In this document: positions 9,997 to 19,039 of the stretch, piece after piece
How the letters are laid out: each line of letters begins with the position of its first letter
Numbering within the stretch: the stretch's first letter is position 1
Assembly (NCBI GenBank): GCA_050260175.1
Contig: JBLNBS010000070.1
Location: 3,379 to 67,378 of the forward strand
Direction of reading: 5' to 3'
Length of the DNA stretch: 64,000 bases
Origin: Patescibacteria group bacterium
GTDB lineage: Bacteria; Bacillota; UBA4882; JAAYXC01
Program-made: the position numbers and the translations under genes
The notes under the pieces: generated by a model
The model's database searches: none
What the model was told of the DNA's origin: nothing
The model's input: only the letters and a program-made list of their open reading frames with translations

Positions 9997-12552
9997 ATGG
10001 CGCTGCTGGGCAAACTCGCCGTCGCCGTAGTCGGTGACATCAACCAGCTCAAAACCTCTTTCCGCGAGGTCAAGAGAGAGTCCCAGTCTTTGGGGAGAGA
10101 GGTTCAGAAGTCCGGTCTGGGCCTTCAGCAGATCGCCAAGTATGGCACGATGGCCGGCGCGGCGATCGTATCGGCCATGGGCGCCATGACCATCGCCACT
10201 ACCAAGAGCGCGGAGGAGATCGATCTCCTCAGCAAAAGGACGGGCGTATCCCGCGAGGAACTGCAGGGCCTTGCCTACGCAGCCCAGCAAGAGGGCACGG
10301 ACATACAGAGCCTCGGAACGGCCCTGGCCCGGCTTTCGCAAAACATGTACGACGCGAGCCAGGGGACCGGCGAGGCGCGTAAGGCTTTCAAAGACTTCGG
10401 CATCGTTGTCACGGATGGACAGGGGCGCCTCCGGTCTTCTGCAGACGTGCTCATGGACCTGGCCGATCGCATGAGGGGTATGACCAACGAGACCGAGATG
10501 TCTGCCCTGGCCATGAAAGTACTTGGCCGTGGCGCGCAGGATTTGGTACCGTTCCTCCGTATGGGCCGGGCGGAGATCGAACGGCTCATCGAGGAGGCGC
10601 GACGGCTCGGATACGTCATCGGTGAAGAGGCAACAAAACAGCTCGAGGCCCTGGGGGACGAGCTTGACGCCATTAAAATAGGTTTTGCCGGGTTCGGTAG
10701 GCAAATCTCGGCGGACCTTGTGCCAGTTAATCTTGCCTTCGCCCGCGGCCTCAAGGAGATTTTGATGTGGATTCATGCGATCCCTGCGCCGATTCGCAAG
10801 CTGGTGACGGTCGGCTCCCTATTGGCAGGGACAATCGCCCTGATTGGGGGCGCCCTGTCGTTACTGGTTGTCAAAGCCGCAGCGGCCCGCGCGGCCTTGC
10901 TGGCTTTGGGCACATCGTTTGGGCCATTCCTTATTGGCGGAGCCGTCGTTGTCGGTATCGGAGCAGCCGTCAGTTTGATCGGTGAAATCGCCCAGCGTGT
11001 CAAAGTGATAAAAGGCGATCTCGACGATATGTCACGCAATACACTAGAAGCCGAACTCATCAAATGGGAAGCCAGGCTGAAAAAGGCGCGAGAAGAATTA
11101 CGAAAAACAGAAAAGATGGTCGGGCAAAAATATGATCCCAAGAAAAATACTGACATGTTGGGGCCGTTATATATCGGTGGTATTCTTGATGAAATTGAAG
11201 TCGCCAATAAAGCAGTCGCTAATCTCAAAAAGAGATTGAAAGAACTTGGCGAGGAAGAGCCTGCGGCTGGCACAGAGAAATGGTCCCTGACCGAAACCCT
11301 CGCCAAAGCCAAGAAAGAGCTTGCCGACATCGACAAGATAGCTGATGCCTTCGGCGACAAGAGCCAGGTAGCCGCCGACAAGATAGCCGTGCTCAAGCGC
11401 GTCATCGTTGACCTGATCGAGCATGGATATGACCCGACAAAGACCAGCCTGGGGAATCTCATCGCCATGTACCAGGCATATGCCGAGGCCTCCCAGGCCG
11501 CCACCGACGCCAAGGAGCGGGAAAAGAAGGCGACCGATCTCCTCACGCAAGCCCAGCAGGCACTCAACGGGGAGACCTACCAAGATATCTCCGCACTGGA
11601 GACCCTGCGCGCACAGCTTGAGGCGCAGGCAGCCGTGGATACGGAACGCGCCGATTCTCTCAGGGCGGCGGCCGCAGCCCTGAACGTCCTGATCCTATCT
11701 CTGCGCCAAGCGACCCAGGACGAGCAGAACGCCGCGGAAGCGACGGAACTCCTTGCCCAGGGGCAAGCCAAGCTGGCGGAGATGACCGGCCAAGCGATCC
11801 CGGAGTGGGAGACGTTCGCCCAGAAGCTCGAGGAGGCCGCCGCGGAGTCCGGCGTCCTGCCGGAGACGGCCGAGGCCCTGCGCGACCTGGCCGCGGCGAT
11901 CCGCGAGGCGGGCCTGGCCACCGTGGAGATCGAACCCTATGATTTCGAAACCGCCTTCATCGCCGGCCTGCGGGACACGGCCAAGGAGTGGAAGGACTTC
12001 CTGGACCACGTGCGCGGGGGCGCGGCGGACTTGGCACAGACCATGAACCAGACCCTCAACGACTTCTTCTTTGACGGTGTGACCGCTCAGCTCAAGAACC
12101 TGGGCGACTATGCCCAGCAGGTATTCAACTCCATCGCCCGCAGTTTCGCCAATATGCTCTCGGACATGTTAATGAACTGGCTGATGAGCGGCTTCACCAA
12201 CATATTTGGCGGCGGGTTCTTTGGTGGCGGGCCGGTTGGTATGCCCTGGCCGTCTTATATCGGTACCATGGCCGAGGGTGGGACCGTGGCGGCGCGGGCG
12301 GCCTACCTCGTGGGCGAACGCGGGCCTGAGTTATTCGTCCCGCAGCAGTCCGGGACCATCATCCCCAATGACGAGATCGGCAGTCTCTCCCCTAAAGTTA
12401 CAGTCAACCTGATTAATCAGTCCGGCACTCCCCTGCAGGTAACGGACCGCAGAACCGAGGTTGACGGCGAGCAGGTAGTCGCCACACTCTGGCTTGGCGC
12501 CTACTCGAAGAACAAGGGCGGCCTGCAGGACGTTCTTGGCGGGGGGCGATAA
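9997..12552 (+). CDS. Phage tail tape-measure protein (TP901-family-like)
   Basis: 852 aa, highly helical. The N-terminal core TGVSREELQGLAYAAQQEGTDIQSLGTALARL...FKDFGIVVTDGQGRLRS resembles tape-measure cores. Central hydrophobic segments and a long coiled coil follow. The C-terminus carries the conserved GERGPELFVP motif. Confidence 0.65.
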   Translation: MALLGKLAVAVVGDINQLKTSFREVKRESQSLGREVQKSGLGLQQIAKYGTMAGAAIVSAMGAMTIATTKSAEEIDLLSKRTGVSREELQGLAYAAQQEGTDIQSLGTALARLSQNMYDASQGTGEARKAFKDFGIVVTDGQGRLRSSADVLMDLADRMRGMTNETEMSALAMKVLGRGAQDLVPFLRMGRAEIERLIEEARRLGYVIGEEATKQLEALGDELDAIKIGFAGFGRQISADLVPVNLAFARGLKEILMWIHAIPAPIRKLVTVGSLLAGTIALIGGALSLLVVKAAAARAALLALGTSFGPFLIGGAVVVGIGAAVSLIGEIAQRVKVIKGDLDDMSRNTLEAELIKWEARLKKAREELRKTEKMVGQKYDPKKNTDMLGPLYIGGILDEIEVANKAVANLKKRLKELGEEEPAAGTEKWSLTETLAKAKKELADIDKIADAFGDKSQVAADKIAVLKRVIVDLIEHGYDPTKTSLGNLIAMYQAYAEASQAATDAKEREKKATDLLTQAQQALNGETYQDISALETLRAQLEAQAAVDTERADSLRAAAAALNVLILSLRQATQDEQNAAEATELLAQGQAKLAEMTGQAIPEWETFAQKLEEAAAESGVLPETAEALRDLAAAIREAGLATVEIEPYDFETAFIAGLRDTAKEWKDFLDHVRGGAADLAQTMNQTLNDFFFDGVTAQLKNLGDYAQQVFNSIARSFANMLSDMLMNWLMSGFTNIFGGGFFGGGPVGMPWPSYIGTMAEGGTVAARAAYLVGERGPELFVPQQSGTIIPNDEIGSLSPKVTVNLINQSGTPLQVTDRRTEVDGEQVVATLWLGAYSKNKGGLQDVLGGGR

Positions 12553-12554
12553 CG

Positions 12555-13325
12555 ATGCCGGCTTTTATTGAACCGCTGCCGCGCGGTACGGGGAACGCTG
12601 TGGTGGTTTGCCACAAAGCGCGATGGGCTCTCGTCCAGGATGACGAATTAAGGCGAAACATTCTCCTCCTCGCGCGGGAGTTTTTCCCGCTGGAGCATTG
12701 GCTTGCCCTGCGAGAAGGCGACCGCCTGGTTTATTGGCGCGTTGATGATCGATACCATCCCGGTAAAAACTTGGCCCTGGACGCGACTTGGTCGGCCACC
12801 GCGCCAACGCTACCAACGAACCCCGAAGACAGGCACGCGGTACGGCTGGGGCGAATTGTTGGCGTCCTCCCGGATCGGAGGCTTTGCTTCATCAGGGACT
12901 TGGCAACAGGCAGGGAGATCCTTTGCCACGCGCGGGCCGTTATACCCGCCAGTGATTGGTCTATGCTGACGGTAGGGACTCTGGTGTCTTTTTGCGCCGA
13001 TTACGATCGGCTCCATCCAGGTCTTTTCCGCGCCGTTGTTGTTCAGCGTGGCAATGCAGAGGAAATTCACGCCGGCCTCCCCGGGGTTCTCGTGGCCGCC
13101 GCCGATCCCCCGGTCGAGGACGGCCAGAAGGCCACAAAAAGCGAAGAGACCACCAGTGCCGCCGGTGTTGGCGGCGGCTGTGGCATAGAACCCGGGTTCC
13201 GCTGGAGAGCGGACCTGCCGCGGCCTGTTGGAGAGCAGGGAAACGGCCTTGCCGAACTACCACGAGGCCACCGCGCAAGAGTTGGAGAACCCTTGCCGCG
13301 GGCGTTGGAGAACGCGGCCGGATGA
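12555..13325 (+). CDS. Hypothetical protein; the 3' extent is uncertain
   Basis: Start codon overlaps the tape-measure stop (ATAACGATG). No recognisable domain. The C-terminal half is compositionally odd. Confidence 0.3.
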   Translation: MPAFIEPLPRGTGNAVVVCHKARWALVQDDELRRNILLLAREFFPLEHWLALREGDRLVYWRVDDRYHPGKNLALDATWSATAPTLPTNPEDRHAVRLGRIVGVLPDRRLCFIRDLATGREILCHARAVIPASDWSMLTVGTLVSFCADYDRLHPGLFRAVVVQRGNAEEIHAGLPGVLVAAADPPVEDGQKATKSEETTSAAGVGGGCGIEPGFRWRADLPRPVGEQGNGLAELPRGHRARVGEPLPRALENAAG

Positions 13326-13379
13326 ACGGACGGCAGGAGGGTGAATGGAACCCCAAAAACAGGAAAGGGAGTGTCACGG

Positions 13380-14642
13380 ATGACACCTGATGAGATTCGG
13401 GCTGCGATCGCGGAAAAGGGCGAGCAGAAACGCGCGTTACTCAGGCGGATTGACAAAGCCCCCGTGGAGGAACTTAGAGCGATCAATATCGGCCTGGAAA
13501 ACCTGAACGCGGAAATCGCCGATTTGCAGCAGCAATTGGCCGAAAGCGAAGCCCAGCGGACGCCTGGCGGCCCTGTGGGTCGGATGCAGATCTTGGGTAC
13601 CTATGGAATCCACCCCGCCGCCGGCAACGTCGCGGGCACGGGCGCCATGCGGGAAGAGTTCCGCGCGGCCCTCGAGGAAAAAGGCAAGGCGCTTCTCGAG
13701 CGGCGCGCGGTGATCTTTACACCCGAGGAGATCGCGGAAGCACGGTCCATCACAATCGCTACTACCGGGATCGTAACAGGCAAGGCCGTCGATCCGACGA
13801 TCGCCCCCGCGCCCCAGCAGGTGAGCGCGCTGATCGACATGGTAGACGCGCCGACGATGATTGGTGCCGAATCGTTTGCCAAGCCGTTCCTGGTCAGCGT
13901 AGGGGAGGGCGATTACACCGGCGAAGGTTTAGACGCCGCGGAAGCGGAACCGACCTTTGGATCGGTTACGATTCAAAAGGCGAAAGTGACCGCGTATGCC
14001 GAATTTTCCGAGGAAATGCGCAAACTGTCGCCGATTGACTACGCCGTGGCCATCATCGGCGGGGTTCGGGAAGCCGTGCGAAAAAAACTCGGCCGGCAGA
14101 TCGTTGTCGGCTCCGGTGGTGTCAATGCCCTCGTTGGCATCTATAACGCCCCGGAGGCCGTCATCCCGGCCGCGTCGGACCTGGAGATTGGGACCGTCGA
14201 TTCGGAGACACTCAACAAGTTAATTTTCGGCTTCGGCGGAGATGAGGCCGTGGAAGGCGAAGAGGCCGTCCTGATCCTGAACAAGCTGGACCTCAAAGCC
14301 CTCGCGGATCTTTATGGAAACGATGGTCGAAACCTTTACGACATCCAATATGCCGGCGCTACTGGGTTTATCACTAACCGCGGGGGCGGCGGGATGAAGA
14401 TTCGGTACGTCATCAACGGCGCATGCGGCGTTCTGAGCGACCCGGCTACAGTCGCAGGTGCCAAAACCATGTTGTTCGGCTATGCCAAGGCCTATACCCT
14501 GTGTCAGTTCAGCGGCCTCGAGGTCCAAGAGTCATCCGAGTACCTCTTCAAGAAGGGCATGATTGCAGTGCGGGCCGTTGCGATGGTTGGCGGTAACACG
14601 GCGCGGTACAAGGGTTTCGTCCGTGTCAAGAAAGCGGCCTAG
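13380..14642 (+). CDS. HK97-fold major capsid protein-like protein with an N-terminal coiled-coil delta domain
   Basis: About 420 aa. The first ~100 aa are coiled coil (scaffold-like delta domain). The C-terminal part has the glycine-rich, beta-rich pattern of HK97-family capsid proteins (GFGGDEAVEGEEAVLILNK...ITNRGGGGMKIRYV...). AAGGGAG RBS precedes the start. Confidence 0.5.
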   Translation: MTPDEIRAAIAEKGEQKRALLRRIDKAPVEELRAINIGLENLNAEIADLQQQLAESEAQRTPGGPVGRMQILGTYGIHPAAGNVAGTGAMREEFRAALEEKGKALLERRAVIFTPEEIAEARSITIATTGIVTGKAVDPTIAPAPQQVSALIDMVDAPTMIGAESFAKPFLVSVGEGDYTGEGLDAAEAEPTFGSVTIQKAKVTAYAEFSEEMRKLSPIDYAVAIIGGVREAVRKKLGRQIVVGSGGVNALVGIYNAPEAVIPAASDLEIGTVDSETLNKLIFGFGGDEAVEGEEAVLILNKLDLKALADLYGNDGRNLYDIQYAGATGFITNRGGGGMKIRYVINGACGVLSDPATVAGAKTMLFGYAKAYTLCQFSGLEVQESSEYLFKKGMIAVRAVAMVGGNTARYKGFVRVKKAA

Positions 14643-14795
14643 CGGCGCCCTGAGAACCTCGTGGAGTTACAGCGCGCCCGGTTCACGCCGGGCGCGCCTA
14701 CGGTTCCCGCGTGATCCCGGCCTTTTCGTTCGTCCTTGGCAGGGCGGCAGCCGGGGGCGATGAACCCCCGGCCGCCGGCAAGAGGAGATGATTCC

Positions 14796-15407
14796 ATGGA
14801 CCGCTACTTCGTTGACAAGGATGGCTATGTGTACAGATACGATGGGGAATTAGAGCGGCCAGATCCCGAGATCACGGAGGCACTTGCCGAGATCACCCTG
14901 GCCCGCCATCAACGGTTCCCTTTCCCCCTGCCCGCCGACTGGCCGCGGTTTAGAGCCTTCATTACCTCTAGCGGTGAGGTGTACGTTGCCGAAGCGCCAC
15001 GCAACGAAGCAGATAAGGACATCTCCTGCCGGCTGCCAAAGTACCACGTATCACCGACGTACATCACTCCGTCTGGCGATTGCTATAACGGCGACAGGCA
15101 GAGCGAAGAGGACATCGAAGTTCCTCCCAAGCCTCCTTTCCATAGGTGGGATGGCCAGAAATGGGCCTTCGACATTGAGGTGTACCGTCAGGAGTATCTG
15201 CGGCCCCGGCGTAATGCCCTGTTGGCCGCGACCGATTGGACGGACCTACCTTCCGCTCCGCTTACGGCGGAACAGAAGGCGGCCTGGCAAACTTACCGGC
15301 AGGCTCTACGGGATCTCCCCGAAAAGACCACAAGTGCCGAAGTGGCCTGGCCGGAGATGCCGATGAAAATCCAAACCCTACCTGATTTAGGAGGTCTGAT
15401 AGCATGA
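14796..15407 (+). CDS. Phage tail fibre assembly (Tfa)-like protein
   Basis: The C-terminal motif NALLAATDWTDLPSAPLTAEQKAAWQTYRQALRDLP...WPEMP matches the conserved Tfa/gpG C-terminus (W..YR..L......WP..P). RBS AGAGGAG precedes the start. Confidence 0.45.
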   Translation: MDRYFVDKDGYVYRYDGELERPDPEITEALAEITLARHQRFPFPLPADWPRFRAFITSSGEVYVAEAPRNEADKDISCRLPKYHVSPTYITPSGDCYNGDRQSEEDIEVPPKPPFHRWDGQKWAFDIEVYRQEYLRPRRNALLAATDWTDLPSAPLTAEQKAAWQTYRQALRDLPEKTTSAEVAWPEMPMKIQTLPDLGGLIA

Positions 15408-16213
15408 GCGGCGCCATCAAAGTTTCCGGCGCGACGTTTCTCCATTTATGTTATCATCCCACTATCCACGAGTCTCAGCCCGTCGAACACCTGGGCGTGA
15501 AGCCGTGGGCCATAGGACGGTCATACGAGTTCGGAAAGACCGCCAATCCGCACAAAAAATTCATTGATTCGCGGCTCTTTGGTATTAAGAATCCCCACAC
15601 AGGGAACATTCATTTTTTGAATCACTTAATACAAGAGATATATTCATTTGGGAAAACAGGTCAAAAAGACTCCGTGATATCCACTTTTTACCACTATGAC
15701 CCGCTTATCGCATTCCATGAGGCTAATGTTTTAATTTATGAACTGCTCTATATCATCCGCGAACAAATCTTTGAGGAGGTCAGGCGGGAGCGGTTCCCTT
15801 CGCTTCCTTCCAGGGAAACATGCCTCTTCGCCTTGAATGACAGCGAGAAAGATCTTGATTATTGGATAAACAATCTGCTTGGCGGCCGGGCAGCGGCCGA
15901 AGGTAAAGAATCCTTCCCGGTTACCCTGGTTAAAATCAGGTTCACCGGGAAGGTGTTCAAAACAAACCGCTTGACCGGTGTGTTTCTGCCGCTGGTTTCT
16001 GCGGGTCCGGATTATTGGCGCGAACAAGCGGGCAAGTACTGGTCGGGATCCGTCCCAGACTCACCAGACGCGGAAGAGGTTCTTCTTGGGGAAGGCGTAG
16101 GCGTGGTCGAATCTATTTCTCCGATCGAGTGGCGCGTGGATCCTGTGCAGTTCAGTACGGCGCGAAAGGCCGAACTGGTCCAGACTACCTTGGTCCCGGC
16201 GGCAGGAGGTTGA
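15404..16213 (+). CDS. Hypothetical protein in a low-GC island (cargo/moron candidate)
   Basis: The 5' two-thirds is markedly AT-richer than its surroundings. The start overlaps the upstream stop (ATGA). No family recognised. Confidence 0.45.
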   Translation: MSGAIKVSGATFLHLCYHPTIHESQPVEHLGVKPWAIGRSYEFGKTANPHKKFIDSRLFGIKNPHTGNIHFLNHLIQEIYSFGKTGQKDSVISTFYHYDPLIAFHEANVLIYELLYIIREQIFEEVRRERFPSLPSRETCLFALNDSEKDLDYWINNLLGGRAAAEGKESFPVTLVKIRFTGKVFKTNRLTGVFLPLVSAGPDYWREQAGKYWSGSVPDSPDAEEVLLGEGVGVVESISPIEWRVDPVQFSTARKAELVQTTLVPAAGG

Positions 16214-16291
16214 TTCCAGATTAACTACATACGCTGCGCCAATCCGAACTGCTCCACCCTGTTTGACTCCCGGTGCGGCTCTGTTTGTTCA

Positions 16292-17209
16292 GTGTGCCGT
16301 GCGGCCCAGGCGGCGGGGAAGCTGCCCTTAGAATTTCCCAAGATTGAGCCAGCCGCTACAGTCACTCCCGCAGGATCGGGAAGTCTCGTCACATATTTCC
16401 CGGTGCACCATGGTTCCCTGGGCGTCCAGATACGAGGCGCGGAATATTCATGGGTTCGCTATACTTCGGGGTTCTCCGCGCCGCCCGACGTGGTGGACCT
16501 TTGCACGGTCTACCATACGTGGTCCCTTGTCGGGATGAGTTATCATCAATGGGGCAGGATTATTGTTCGACCCAAGTCCTATGTTGGGCTTTATTCGACC
16601 CCCCGATGTCACAACGATCTATTTGATGATTTTCACGCCATAACAAGAGTGGATCTCGAAATGATGGAGAAATGGGGCCGAGAAAACAATTCGTTATTTG
16701 ATTGGCGGTTGTCTTCTTCGAATCCACCAAATGGACGCGGACCTAAACAATTTGGCGAAAACGCGATTATTCCGATTTGTATTGCCCAAATACCCGAAGG
16801 TTTCCTCAAGGTTTTTTATGGCGGTGTTCATTCGTTTGGGTTGAACTGGGAATTCTCACCCGATGGTAGATTCAGCAGCAATACGGAACCTCCAACTGCG
16901 GAAGACAGCAAAATGCTGTATGAACGCGCGTTCCGGATCAAGGCCGCGAAAATGCTCTGGTTGACTGATTGGACTACCCGGGCTGATGCACCGCTGACGG
17001 AAGAGAAACGCGCAGCCTGGGACGCATACCGCGCGGCTCTTTACTGCCCAGACGAGATCCTTTCGGGTGCCCGGGAGATGCCGCGGATGCCGGCAGGCCG
17101 GGTCCTTAATCCGAGGTGGGACTCAGCACCGATGGAAATCTGTTGGGACACCTGGTGGAAGTTCAGGGAGCCGGCTGGCAACGCAGGTGATTTTCCCTTG
17201 GCTGAGTGA
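16292..17209 (+). CDS. Hypothetical protein with a Tfa-like C-terminal motif; possible Cys-rich N-terminal extension from 16214
   Basis: C-terminus AAKMLWLTDWTTRADAPLTEEKRAAWDAYRAAL repeats the motif of the 14796 gene. The in-frame upstream stretch encodes RCANPNCSTLFDSRCGSVCSVC. Confidence 0.4.
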   Translation: MCRAAQAAGKLPLEFPKIEPAATVTPAGSGSLVTYFPVHHGSLGVQIRGAEYSWVRYTSGFSAPPDVVDLCTVYHTWSLVGMSYHQWGRIIVRPKSYVGLYSTPRCHNDLFDDFHAITRVDLEMMEKWGRENNSLFDWRLSSSNPPNGRGPKQFGENAIIPICIAQIPEGFLKVFYGGVHSFGLNWEFSPDGRFSSNTEPPTAEDSKMLYERAFRIKAAKMLWLTDWTTRADAPLTEEKRAAWDAYRAALYCPDEILSGAREMPRMPAGRVLNPRWDSAPMEICWDTWWKFREPAGNAGDFPLAE

Positions 17210-17247
17210 CGGTCCGTTTCGATCGGCAGCACCATGGAGGGTGAGAG

Positions 17248-17703
17248 ATGGCCGCGAGAACGCCGGGTGATCTCCTGCTGAGTTACGATGAGATCCGGCT
17301 GGTCTATAACACCCTGGCCGGCGTCCCGAACAAGTCTTTGCCCGCGGCTGAACTCCTGGGCAAGCTCTATCGGGCCATCGTGGTCCGGGCATCCCAGGAA
17401 GAGCGGGCGGAATTGGCCGCGCGGATCCGTGCCGGCGTGAACTATGCCGGCCGGCTGTGCCCGGAGTGCGGCCGGGGCCTCGAGAAGATCGCCGGCCAAG
17501 ATGCCTATGGCTGTCCCAAATGCGGCGGCGAGTGGTGGCCGGCGGACTCGAACGAGGCGCCGATGTCGGCGGCGGCCTTGTGGCAGGACGAGCAGCGGGT
17601 GAAGCGAGCCCTGATCGACCCGAACTCCCACGGCGGCGGCAAAAAGGGAGGTCGGCGTCAAAAGCAAAAGAAGCCGCCGCCAGTGCCCTGGTACCAAAGA
17701 TGA
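17248..17703 (+). CDS. Zinc-ribbon protein (CPECG...CPKCG) with a basic C-terminal tail
   Basis: Cys pairs spaced for a zinc ribbon, with a Lys/Arg-rich C-terminus. Confidence 0.4.
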   Translation: MAARTPGDLLLSYDEIRLVYNTLAGVPNKSLPAAELLGKLYRAIVVRASQEERAELAARIRAGVNYAGRLCPECGRGLEKIAGQDAYGCPKCGGEWWPADSNEAPMSAAALWQDEQRVKRALIDPNSHGGGKKGGRRQKQKKPPPVPWYQR

Positions 17704-17715
17704 TCCCCGCCCGGT

Positions 17716-17744
17716 CTATATAGACCTATATAGACTCTATATAG
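17716..17744. repeat. Three phased copies of the palindrome-like CTATATAG(A) at ~10.5-bp spacing
   Basis: CTATATAGA at 17716-17724 and 17726-17734, CTATATAG at 17737-17744. They lie between the ends of two convergent genes and overlap the stop of the minus-strand HTH gene. Confidence 0.6.
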
Positions 17745-17961
17745 GTTTTGTATCGTACGAAACAATTGTCTGGTTCAACCGTTCCCGGATCGCCTCTTTC
17801 GAGATCCTGAACCTGCGCCCGATCCTCATGGCCGGGATCTGGCCGGCATGGATGGCGTCGTAGATCGAGTCGTGCGTGACGTGTAGAAGCTCCGCCGCCT
17901 GATCGACGGTTAGCACGTCGTCATAATCATCGAACCGCTTGGGTTTGCGAGATCTGGGCAT
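17737..17961 (-). CDS. Excisionase-family HTH DNA-binding protein
   Basis: LTVDQAAELLHVTHDSIYDAIHAGQIPAMRIGRRFRISKEAIRERL matches the excisionase-type HTH fold. Confidence 0.6.
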   Translation of the reverse strand: MPRSRKPKRFDDYDDVLTVDQAAELLHVTHDSIYDAIHAGQIPAMRIGRRFRISKEAIRERLNQTIVSYDTKPI

Positions 17962-18340
17962 GCGGAATAATTCGCCCTACTGACTGCTTCTCCTCCATCC
18001 CCGAAAGTGGGGTGGACGCCGAACAGGTCAGGGCGGGCGGCGGGGACCAGGACGAGGGGAGGGTACTTTTACGTCCAGCCCTCAATATCCCGTCCTGGGG
18101 CATCCTGAGGCCTCGTTTTTGGGCCGATGCCCGCCCGGCGTAGGTTTGGAGACTGTAGCGCCTCTCTTGCGGAATACCCCGAACTGTTATAAGCTTGATC
18201 AGAGGCCGTGGATCGGTAGTTTGCGGCTCCCCATCCGCGCCTCCGGCCCGGGGCTTAACCGCCCCGGGCTTTTGCGGGTTACGGGTATAAAAAACCCCCA
18301 CGGGGAGATCCCGAAGGGGTTTATAGCCAATGAGGACAAC

Positions 18341-18538
18341 TTACGCGGGGCGGATTTGTGCATTGCACTGATCACAGAAGAACCGCTCTCCGTCGTCTAT
18401 GGCCTTCTGTATGTCCACAAAGGTGATTAGATCGTCCTGCCTTACTTTGTCAACTTCTTCTTCTGTGGCACAATCTTTACAAACTATTTCTTTATTGATG
18501 TAATACCCAGCGATTTCCTCATCTTTATAGGTGGCCAT
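18341..18538 (-). CDS. Small acidic zinc-ribbon protein
   Basis: CKDC...CDQC motif pairs in an AT-rich segment. Confidence 0.35.
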   Translation of the reverse strand: MATYKDEEIAGYYINKEIVCKDCATEEEVDKVRQDDLITFVDIQKAIDDGERFFCDQCNAQIRPA

Positions 18539-18671
18539 GGGTTACACCTCCTTTCGTCTGCCTTCATGATACCAGATCCTCTGGGCAAGCCCCAATAGGT
18601 GCGAAAATTCTTTTATTGACCGCTTGCCGTTACCTGCCACAGGCGGCCGCCATCCCGGACGGCACAATCCC

Positions 18672-18935
18672 CTAAGACTGGCGCCCCATAGAGACAAGGA
18701 TGGACTTCATTGCTTCGGCGAGAGGCACTTTCTTATGGCTTGGCGGCCGTTTCATACCAAGATCCGCCCAAGTGATAATCGCAATATCTGCCGCTTTCAG
18801 TTTCTCATTGGCCAAGCGCCAGATCGTGTGGTTCATGGCTTCGGGCAGATTGGCGAACGGGATGACAACCGGACCCGTCGAGAAATTCGCGGCAGCGGCG
18901 GCGATTTCCGGCCGGACGTGCAGACCGTCTTCCAT
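18672..18935 (-). CDS. Hypothetical protein
   Basis: ORF with coding-like composition; no family recognised. Confidence 0.25.
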   Translation of the reverse strand: MEDGLHVRPEIAAAAANFSTGPVVIPFANLPEAMNHTIWRLANEKLKAADIAIITWADLGMKRPPSHKKVPLAEAMKSILVSMGRQS

Positions 18936-19039
18936 CACTACACCCCTTCTCGCTTGTAAGTACATGCCTTCATATATAATACCATGCGTTCATATGGATG
19001 TCAAGCTTCGCATATGACCGAATTGTCTTCTAGTGTAGT

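Noticed and set aside
12961-13486. Minus-strand ORFs overlapping the 3' half of 12555-13325
   Set aside because: Arg/Pro-rich with no start context. They are listed only because they cast doubt on the true extent of the plus-strand gene there.
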